From Eledone cirrhosa (lineage: Eukaryota), in assembly GCA_964016885.1 (NCBI GenBank), contig OZ024740.1, forward strand, positions 364,188,001 through 364,252,000: a DNA stretch of 64,000 nt, written 5' to 3'. The position numbers and the translations under genes were made by a program. The notes under the pieces were generated by a model. It had not been told where the DNA came from. It worked only from the letters and a program-made list of their open reading frames with translations, and searched no databases. Shown piece by piece: positions 53,294 through 64,000 of this stretch. Each line of letters begins with the position of its first letter. Position 1 is the first letter of the stretch.

Positions 53294-53497
53294 AAGTATA
53301 TATATATATATATATATATATAAGTATATATATATATATATATATATAACTATATATATAAATATATATATATAACTATATATATATATATATATAACTA
53401 TATATATATATATATAAGTATATATATATATATATATATATAAGTATATATATATATATATATATATATAAGTATATATATATATATATATATATAA

Positions 53498-53530
<33 letters not shown>

Positions 53531-53697
53531 TATATATATATATATATATATAAGTATATATATATATATATATATATATAAGTATATATATATATATATA
53601 TATATATAAGTATATATATATATAAGTATATATGTATATATATATATAAGTATATATATATATATATATATAAGTATATATGTATATATATATATAA

Positions 53698-53730
<33 letters not shown>

Positions 53731-54710
53731 TATATATATATATATAAGTATATATGTATATATATATATAAGTATATATATATATATATATAAGTATATA
53801 TATATATATATATAAGTATATATATATATATATATATATAGATATAAGTATATATATATATATAAGTATATATATATATATATAAGTATATATATATATA
53901 TATAAGTATATATATATATATATAAGTATATATATATATATATAAGTATATATATATATATATAAGTATATATATATATATATAAGTATATATATATATA
54001 TAAGTATATATATATATATATATATAAGTATATATATATATATAAGTATATAAATATATATATATATAAGTATATATATATATATATATATAAGTATATA
54101 AATATATATATATATAAGTATATATATATATATATATATATAAGTATATAAATATATATATATATAAGTATATATATATATATATATATAAGTATATATA
54201 TATATATATATGAGTATATATATATATATATATATATATATAAGTATATATATATATATAAGTATATATATATATATATATATATAAGTATATATATATA
54301 TATAAGTATATATATATATATATAAGTATATATATATATATATATATAAGTATATATATATATATATATATAAGTATATATATATATATAAGTATATATA
54401 TATATATATAAGTATATATATATATATATATATAAGTATATATATATATATAAGTATATATATATATATAAGTATATATATATATATATAAGTATATATA
54501 TAAGTATATATATATATATAAGTATATATATATATATAAGTATATATATATATATATAAGTATATATATATATATAAGTATATATATATATATAAGTATA
54601 TATATATATATAAGTATATATATATATATAAGTATATATATATATATATATAAGTATATATATATATATAAGTATATATATATATATATAAGTATATATA
54701 TATATATAAG

Positions 54711-54748
<38 letters not shown>

Positions 54749-54752
54749 AAAG

Positions 54753-54790
<38 letters not shown>

Positions 54791-54883
54791 AAAGTATATA
54801 TATATATATATATATATATAAAAGTATATATATATATAAAAGTATATATATATATATATAAAAGTATATATATATATATAAAA

Positions 54884-54931
<48 letters not shown>
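53269..54931. repeat. Compound microsatellite [TAAG(TA)n]m, ~1.66 kb
   Basis: (TA)n runs interrupted by AAG. Similar arrays at 33772-34148, 38488-39010, 41382-42003, 42275-43058, 43297-43809, 44157-44445, 49188-49494, 50938-51562 and 62909-63180. Confidence 0.97.
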
Positions 54932-54934
<3 letters not shown>

Positions 54935-55573
54935 AGGAATCAGATGTTGTTTAATTCGAGAGAAGGCTACGTTGGTATGGTCACGTGATGCGCATGAAAG
55001 ACGACAGCTGTATAACAAAGTGCAGGGCAATAAAGATAGGCGGTAGCCACGGAGTAGGCAGACCCAGAAAAACCTGGGACGACTTGATAAAATCCGTCCT
55101 CACACACTCACACCTCACCAAGACAATGTCACTGGACCAAGATCTTTGGCGCTACGTAGTAATAGAGAAGACCCGCCTTGCCTAAGTACAAAGCGAAACC
55201 TACAGTCAGTAGGCACCTCTTAACCAAAATACATCCCCGTCCCACCACCCCCACCCCATCCGCACCACCCCTTTCAATGTAAAGTTATGTTGGTGCCACA
55301 ACATCCAGGCCGAAACAAATGAGATCGTGTAGGTATCACGACAAAAAAAAACACACAGTCCACGCTGTAATGTGGCCGTGTAGGCAACACGGTAAAAACC
55401 TCTCAGTCCCACACTGTAAAGGTGGTCGGTATTAGGAAGGGCATCCAGCTGTAGAAAACCCGCCAGACAGTCCTATGCGAGCAAGACAACCACTCTTGCC
55501 TCAAGTGGAAAAACTCCCGTCCAAACCCATGCAAGCGTGGAACATGGACGTTAAACGATGATGATGATGATGA
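54932..55573 (+). mobile_element. RTE family B, 5'-truncated
   Basis: ORF 54985-55185, 3' UTR, (GAT)n tail. Confidence 0.93.
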
Positions 55574-55584
55574 TATATAAGTAT

Positions 55585-58500
55585 TCATTTTCTTCTTAAC
55601 TCCCCACCCTTCGGTTCATTCATCTATATATCTATAATCTCCCAGAATCAAAAAATCTTATTCATAATTGTCTTTCTATAATTCTGTCTCACTGTTCTAA
55701 AAATCTTCTCCACGTTGTTCTAAATAATCTTCCCGCAACCATTTTGGCCGAAAATTTTTTCCAAGATTCATAGAAATGGCCTCTCTCGGCCCGCTAAAAT
55801 CGCTTCCACCCTCACCCTCTGTCTATCATATACGTCGCTCTCTCACTCCCTTTCACTCCCTACCAACCAAATATAAATAAGTCTGTATAAATAAGTCTGC
55901 TCCTCGCAAACTACCCCATACCCCTCCCTCCCGTCCCCACTCTCCACCTTATTATTTGGACCAATCACAAGTCAACGGCCTATGCTATCACTTCTGGTTG
56001 CTTTTCGATATGATGGATGGACTAAGGAATTTCTGGAGAGTCTGAAGAATCTGGGACATCCGAAGACAATGCCAAAGATAACGACAAATTCACCTCATGC
56101 TGCCGGACGAAAGGGCAAGCTCCCCCTCTTTGGTGCGGCCGCGGATGGCCAACATAACCCCAACCCCATCCACCTCACCCCTCCCTGCACCCCACCCACC
56201 AAACGCAATCCAAAACTTCAGAGTTGGTACCATGAATGTAGGCACCTTAAAAGGCCGCTCTAACGAGGTTGTAGAAATGCTTGAACGTAAGGAGGTTGAT
56301 GTTTGCTGTATCCAAGAGACCAGGTGGAGGGGCGGGTCTGCTAGATTCATTGTGGGTAAAAAACGATGCTATAAGCTTTTCTGGGTGGGAAGTGACAATG
56401 GGCTGGGTGGGGTAGGAATCATGATAGCAGAAAAATGGGTGGATAAGATAATAGATGTAAATAGAGTGAATGACAGAATAATTAAAATAAGACTTGTTCT
56501 AAATAGAACTACTGTGACGATAATATCTGCGTACGCACCCCAATCCGGACTGCCTGGTGCTATAAAAGACAGTTTCTATGAGACACTGATGCTCACTACC
56601 TCCCAAATAACCGACAGTGACTATATAATTATTGCTGGCGACCTAAATGGTCACGTTGGACAACATTGTGACGGCTATCATGGAATCCACGGAGGCTATG
56701 GGTTTGGTACTAGAAATGAGGAAGGCTCCAGAATCCTGGAATTCTGTGACGCAAATAACCTAACTATCTGTAACACTAACTTCAAAAAACGAGACAATCA
56801 CTTGATCACCTACAGATCAGGGGAACATACAAGCCAGGTAGATTATATCCTTACCAGAAGACGTGACAGTGTCTGTTGTAAACACTAAATCCCTCCGCCA
56901 TGAAGAATGCACCTCCCAACATAAACTGATAATTAGCGACCTCATAGTCAGGACGAGACGTACTCGACAGCAGAAGAGGACTATCCTCAGGAGAAAAATA
57001 TGGAAGCTAAAGGACCTCTCAGCCAGAAATAAATTTCAAAGCATATTACTTGATGCTTTCGACAGTAAGGAAGAGCATTTAGAGTCGTACAATATAGAGG
57101 AACAGTCGGAATTCCTGAAAGCAAACCTGCTGATGGCGGCAGACGAAGTCTGTGGCTGGAGCAGGCCTATAGGCAGGAGGAGAGTAACATGGTGGTGGAA
57201 CAGTAAGGTGGAGGAGTCAATTAAGGCCAAAAAGCAGGCTTGGAAAGTATGGCGGGATGGGGGAAGTAGAGAAGACTATCAAGTGGCCAGGAGGGAAGCT
57301 AGGAGACAAGTGTACTTCGCAAGAAGCGAAGCAGAGGAAAGAAAGTTCAAGCATGTTCTACAACGCGAGGACCAAAACCGTGAGGTGTTCAGGATTGCTA
57401 GGCAATGTGTCAAGGAAAACCGTGATATTGTCGGGGAGAAGTGTGTACTTAATGATGACGGCGTACTTGCTATCACTGACGCTGATAAGAAGGTAGCTTG
57501 GAAGTGTCACTACGAAAGGCTACTAAATGAGGAGAATAAATGGGAGAAAGACAGTCTCCACCACATCGACCCAATAGAGGGACCAGCAGTGTTAGTCAAA
57601 GGTAGTATAATAAGTAAGGCAATCAAAGATATGAAGACGGGTAAGGCGGCTGGGCCTTCGGAAATAGTTGTTGAGATGCTGAAAGCCTCTGGAACGGTGG
57701 GACACACCATGGTCACCCGGATAGTAAACCAAGTCATACAGAATGGGGTTGTTCCGAAGGACTTGCGTAGCAGCATCATCATTAACTGTTACAAGGGTAA
57801 AGGAGATGCCCTAGATAGGAGTAACTATAGAGGCATTAAATTAATCGACCAGGTCATGAAGGTCACTGAAAAAGTAATAGCGCAACTGATCAGAGAGAGA
57901 ATTGATCTAGATGAAATGCAGTTCGGGTTTGTATCAGGCAAAAGTACCACAGACGCTCTTTTCATTGTACGACAACTACAGGAGAAGTACCTAGCTAAAA
58001 GTAAACCCCTATACTTAGCTTTTGTCGACTTGGAGAAAGCCTTTGACAGAGTCCCCCATTCCATTATCTGTTGGGCTCTTAGAAAACTAGGTGTTGATGA
58101 ATGCTTTGTGAGAGCTATACAAGCCATGTATAAAGAAACAGTCAGCAAGGTTAGAATTAACAACGAATATAGTGAAGAGTTTAGCGTAAAAGTTGGTGTT
58201 CATCAGGGCTCCGTTCTTAGTCCCCTACTATTTATTATTGCCCTTCAGGCTATAACAGTAGAGTTCAAGACCGGCTGCCCATGCGAACTCCTATACGCAG
58301 ATGATCTAACGCTCATAGCTGAATCAATGGCTGAACTAGAGAAGAAATTCCAAACATGCAAGCATGGCCTAGAATCAAAAGGCCTTAAAATTAATCTGTC
58401 TAAGATTAAAGTTCTAGTTTGTAGGAAGGAAAATAGGGCGCCGGTCCCATCCGGGAAATGGCCATGCTCAGTGTGTAGGAAAGGAGTAGGTAGAAACTCC

Positions 58501-59640
58501 ATTTTATGTCCCAAATGTAAAGTATGGGTGCATAAAAGATGTAGTGGGATCACAGGTAAGCTAACTAAGAACATAGATTTTATATGTGGCCGGTGCTCTG
58601 GTGCAATAAGTAGCAACAAGTGCCCATAAAATACTAGCTCTTTCAATTGCGCAGAGGGTTCTATAGAAATAGTGGACACCTTCCGTTACCTGGATGACAA
58701 AATCAGCAGTGGGGGGGGGGGGGGTGCTCTGAAAGTACAGTAGCTAGAATCAGAACCGGATGGAAAAAGTTCAGAGAGCTTATACCACTATTAGCCGCTA
58801 AAGGGTTCTCCCTAAAAATGAAAGGCAGGCTGTATGATGCCTGCATACGAACAGCAATGTTGCATGGCAGTGAGACCCGGGCATTGTGTGCAGAGGATAT
58901 ACGCAGACTAGAGAGGAACGAAGCTTGCATGCTCCGCTGGATGTGTAATAGTAATATACGTGAACGGCAAAGCATTAACGAAAATTAGAAATAAGAGGGA
59001 TCAGATGTTGTTTACTCGAGAGAAGGCTACGTTGGTATGGTCACGTGATGCGCATGAAAGACGACAGCTGTATAAAAAAGTGCAGGGGAATAAAAATAGA
59101 CGGTAGCCACGGAGTAGGCAGACCCAGAAAAACCTGGGACGACTTGATAAATTCCGACCTCACACACTTACACCTCTCCAAGACGATGTCACTGGACCGA
59201 GTTCTTTGGCGTTACTCAGTAATAGAGAAGACCCGCCTTACCTAAATACAAAGTAAAACCTACTACAGTAAGTAGGCACCTCTAACAAAATACACCCCCG
59301 TCCCACCACCCTCACCCCATCCACACCGCCCCTTTCAATGTAAAGTTATGTTGGTGCCACAACATCCAGGCCGAAACAAATGAGGTCGTGTAGGTGTCAC
59401 AAAAAACAAAAAACACACACAGTCCACGCTGTACTGTGGCCGTGTAGGTAACACGGTAAAAACCTCCCAGTCCCACACTGTAAATATGGTTGGTGTTAGG
59501 AAGGGCATCCAGCTGTAGAAAACCCTCCAGACAGTCCTATGCGAGCAAGACAACCACTCTTGCCTCAAGTGGGAAAACTCCCGTCCAAACCCATGCAAGC
59601 GTGGAATATGGACTTTAAACGATGATGATGATGATGATGA
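55585..59640 (+). mobile_element. RTE family B LINE, apparently full length, disrupted
   Basis: ~500-bp 5' UTR, APE (56097-56888), RT and PHD (56863-58629), C-terminus to 59245, 3' UTR, (GAT)n tail. Frameshift at ~56868, stop at 58627, G-run expansion at 58711. Confidence 0.96.
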
Positions 59641-59707
59641 TATATATATATATATATATATAAGTATACATATATATATATAAGTATATATATATATATA
59701 AGTATAT

Positions 59708-59779
<72 letters not shown>

Positions 59780-59782
<3 letters not shown>

Positions 59783-62700
59783 TTATATGAATTATAAGAA
59801 TCAAAGAACTGTTCAAAACATTTTTATGCTTACAACTGTTTCCTCCAAACCGAGGTTTGGATTCTTCGGAGCAATTTATTAATGAATGAACACTTATATG
59901 ACCTCCTTTTCACCCAAGAGACATACAGATACATATGCAAATATTGTGGGTCAACATTCATTACAGCATTTAGAGTGGCAGTACACACTTAGAGATTACA
60001 TTCATATTAAAAGATACAATCAAAAATACAGGTTAAAATACAACATGAAAATAAGCGGTTATATAGTGCAAAGGTTATATGTGTGGCAAGCACGTGCGTC
60101 TTGTTTATATAGTGTGGCAGAGAGTTACCTGTAGTAGAAGCACTTAAGTAGGTAAACAAGAGTGTTAGGTTGGTTGATCTGGTGACAAATTCTTTATATG
60201 ATTGTTATAGTCTGTGTGTGGAGCAATAATATAAGCATTAAAAATAGTGCAAGCATTAAAAATATTTAAAATATTGGAAATGCGCAGCAAAGGGATGATA
60301 TGGACTTCATGTACTTCGACATTTTCATAGTCTGGGGAGTGTATTTTTCAGATTATATGCCCCTCACATAATCCACGACGATTCGATATTGAGCGTTTGA
60401 CAATCCAGTTAGAGAATCGTAGTCTGATGTTCTTTAGTTCAATACAGGAGGATGTTACGTTTCGAGAATCGACATCGAAATACTACCCGGAAGTGTGTGT
60501 GTGTGTGGCTAAGGGGAGTTAATGCCTGAGGGGAGGTAACTCCGAGGTTTCTATTACTAACTACTAAAATGTGTCTCAAAATAGACCCTGACTTCTATGG
60601 TTATGCGCAATTTCTAAAAAATTTCTAAAACTTAAAGTGTTTCAACTATAGAGTAGTCTATTAAGTTGTGCTGAAGGTGTTCGTATTATTATGGTGAATT
60701 AACCCCCATCGTAGAGTGCCACAAATGAATACTATAGGCGACGAGCGAGGATTCTAAATTAATGATCTCTGTGGTTGCAGTCTACTCAAAGGACCAGGCG
60801 CGGTGATTGCAGAATCACTTCAACACACAATGATCTCTGGTAAGTTCTGGGTCATCGCTTGCTACATTGGATGTCGAAAGATAATCATCACCAGGGCCGA
60901 CCAGAGGTCAATCCGCAGTCCTCATGACCCCAATCTGACCACCAAATCATCCATATATGTACAACCCATACGCCACTTGCATTACATTCATTCCCTGCGC
61001 TCAGCGTACCGGTCATACTGCTCATCAGCGTTACTAGATTAATTCGTTTTTCATCTGTCCAACGATGGCACTTCCTCGGCACAACACTAACAAGACAATC
61101 AATTCATGCTTAAATTACCTATAGAGCGGTGTAGTGCAGTTCAAGTGGGTGGATGTTGTCACACTTAAAGTAGAGGTACAAATGGGTATTCGCCCTGCGA
61201 AGGGTTCTAGAGGGATGTCGCTGTTTGTGTTATATTAGATCAGTGAGTGTTGGGTATGTGGTATAAGGTGTGCCCCTGGTGTTTGATGCTAGAGGTGGTG
61301 TTTGGTTCAAGTCCGACATTGCTATATATTGGGCTTAAAGTTTTGGAAGGAATGTCTGAAGCGGTGCTGGCAAGTTGCAAACACTTCAGAATTTTTGTTA
61401 AGTAGGTTACGGTTAGAGAAGATAATATTGTGGGTCACTAGTATACAGAGGTTACAAAATTTATTAGGTGGTTTGTACGAAGTCGCGCTACCTATCACTT
61501 CCCATTTGAGTGTGTAAGGTTTATTTTTAGTTTTTAGATAGTGTATGTAGCTAGATAGTGAGGTGGAGTTGGCTAGACTGTGCTTTTTGAACGAGTGGAT
61601 GTGCGAATTATATCTGATTTTGAAGCAGTTAGAAGTGGAGCCTACATAGGTTTATGAAGAGTTGCTAGTTGTGACGGTATATGATATCCTTGGTTAGGCA
61701 TTTTTTATCTAAAGGGCAGGTTCTATTAGCTCTACTGTTACAATTATCCTGTGTGTTAGTCTGCTGGTTATAATGCAGTGCAGAAGTCTGGGTGGTAGCT
61801 ATAGGATTTTGGACATTCGGGTTGTCGGCCCCGGTGTTATTTCTTATACTAGTGTTATTTCTATTGTTACTGCCGTTACTATGGTTGCTTGCTACAGAGG
61901 TATTTAGAAGGTTTACCTCCTGTTGTGATTTCGTTTGTTGGAAGTAAGAATTAATTTTACTTTTATTGCTGCTAGCTATGTGGTATGCTAAGTTAGGCGT
62001 CGTAGAGTATGAGATTTTAATAGTGTTTTTGTTTAAAAGGTTGTGGTACTTGTGTCCTAGAGGGAAGTTTTTATCTAGTAGTGAGAAGAAAGCCCTAGGT
62101 ATGTTGGTGGAGACATTTAGGTAGAAAGGAGGGTTGAAAAATGTATTATTTCTTCTTCTATTTTTGTTTTTAGTGTCTGGTGTGTTGTTTCTTCCTAAGG
62201 CACTACGGTAGTTTCCGTGGTAATGGTTACTTCCGGTGGCACCCTCCGCTTTGGTGTACTTGTGGTTGCTATTCCTATTATTAGGTTTCCTCATGGACAT
62301 GTTGTGCGAGATGATGTTGTAGCTATGCGTTTTCTTAGGTAGGAACTCAATTTCTATATTATGGTCGGATCTAGCTAATGCTTGATTATAATATTGTGAG
62401 TTTTTGCTAAATATGTTTGCGTCATAGGATAGATTAGAGATTCTATTGGATATCCCCTTAGAGATAGAGTTTAATATTGATCTAGGGTGATTAGACTTGG
62501 TATCTACGTAAATGAGTTTTTCGTTAGGCTTATGGAAAGGTGTATATATTTTTGAGTCTAGGTATAGTGTGGCGTCTAGGAAGTTAACATTTTTAGTGTT
62601 CTGTATGTCTCTTGGGTGAAAAGGAGGTCATATAAGTGTTCATTCATTAATAAATTGCTCCGAAGAATCCAAACCTCGGTTTGGAGGAAACAGTTGTAAG

Positions 62701-62905
62701 CATAAAAATGTTTTGAACAGTTCTTTGATTCTTATAATTCATATAACTGCTCTGTAAATCATCTGATGTTTTTACATTGAGCTACTTAACTTACTGGTAA
62801 TAAGGTAGTAATATATTACTGCCTACCACTATTTAGGGTTTGTATAAAAATATATATAACTGCAAAAGGTTTTTGTATTTACATAACCATAAATAGTATA
62901 ATTAA

Positions 62906-62908
<3 letters not shown>
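59780..62908 (-). mobile_element. Hydra-like Penelope element, 5'-truncated, with inverted pLTR
   Basis: Minus-strand ORF ~62600-61322 reads VNFLDATL, SNHPRSI, FFNPPF, CNSR..CPL..CL, YVGST..FKIRYNSH, KW, CNLC, CQH. The inverted arm 62600-62745 plus tail mirrors 59785-59930. Hammerheads at 59827-59873 (-) and 62656-62702 (+). Confidence 0.88.
62656..62702 (+). ncRNA. Minimal hammerhead ribozyme, U4C core
   Basis: tgct CCGAAGA a tccaaacc tc ggtttgga g GAAA cagtt GTA agca. Confidence 0.7.
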
Positions 62909-62966
<58 letters not shown>

Positions 62967-62995
62967 TATATATATATATATATATATATATATAA

Positions 62996-63134
<139 letters not shown>

Positions 63135-63180
63135 TATATATATATATATATATAAGTATATATATATATATATATATATA

Positions 63181-64000
63181 TCATCATCATCATCATCGGT
63201 TAACGTCCATATTCCACGCTTGCATGGGTTTGGACAGGAGTTTTCCCACTTGAGGCAAGAGTGGTTGTCTTGCTCGCATAGGACTGTCTGGCGGGTTTTC
63301 TACGGCTGGATGCCCTTCCTAACACCAACCACATTTACAGTGTGGAACTGGGAGGTTTTTACCATGTTACCTACACGGCCACATTGGAGCGTGGACTCTG
63401 TGTTTTTTGTCGTGACACCTACACGACCTCATTTGTTTCGGACTGGATGTTGTGGTACCAACATAACTTTAGATTGAAAGGGGTGGCGTGGATGGGGTGG
63501 GGGTAGTGAGACGGGGGTGTATTTTTGTTAGAGGTGCCTACTGACTGTAGTAGGTTTCACTTTGTACTTCGGTAAGGCGGGTCTTCTGCATTACTGTGTA
63601 GCGCCAAAGATCTCGGTCCAGTGACATTGTCTTGGAGAGGTGTAAGTGTGTGAGGTCGGAATTTATCAAGTCGTCCCAGGTTTTTCTGGGTCTGCCTACT
63701 CCGTGGCTACCGTCTATTTTTATCGCCCTGCACTTTTTTATACAGCTGTCGTCTTTCATGCGCATCACGTGACCGTACCAACGTAGTCTTCTCTCGAGTA
63801 AACAACATCTGATCTCTCTTATTCCTAATTTCTCCCTTAGTTCGTTTATGCTTTGCCGTTCACGTATATTACTATTACACATCCAGCGGAGCATGCAAGC
63901 TTCGTTTCTCTCCAGTCTGCGTATATCCTCAGCACACAATGCCCAGGTCTCACTGCCATGTAACATTGCTGTTCGTATGCAGGCATCATACAGCTTGCCT
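63181..64000 (-). mobile_element. RTE family B 3' part, continuing beyond the window
   Basis: ORF 63538-63966, 3' UTR, (GAT)n tail in (TA)n. Confidence 0.95.

Noticed and set aside
53240-55030. 596-aa Y/I-rich ORF and all similar YIYI ORFs
   Set aside because: These are translations of (TA)n/TAAG arrays that lack stops on one strand. There is no protein signal.
55982-56263. Possible ORF1 upstream of the RTE-B main ORF
   Set aside because: It is short, has no recognisable motif, and has no counterpart in the family A 5' region. One copy cannot support it.

Overview
This window is AT-rich animal DNA made almost entirely of transposable elements and microsatellites. It is most likely cephalopod/octopus, inferred only from the SINE/LINE repertoire and the extreme (TA)n content. 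I found no host protein-coding exon that I can support. Contents: (i) at least three RTE-clade LINE families with (GAT)n tails. Two carry a C4HC3 PHD-type zinc finger inside the reverse transcriptase, and one copy has a twin-priming-type 5' inversion. (ii) Penelope-like elements (PLEs) of Neptune-like and Hydra-like type, plus about a dozen tiny fold-back inserts with the same 'inverted arm + one-sided tail' layout. (iii) About 19 minimal type-I hammerhead ribozyme motifs read by eye, including U3-A8 covariant cores, U4C cores and long helix-II variants. (iv) Two tRNA-derived SINE families, two non-autonomous Helitrons, and hAT, Tc1/mariner and piggyBac MITEs. From about 26.9 kb to the end, the window looks like one nested insertion cluster grown inside a (TA)n microsatellite marked by a recurring TAAG interruption. 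All coordinates were read manually and may be a few bases off. Ribozyme activity and all mechanisms are inferences.
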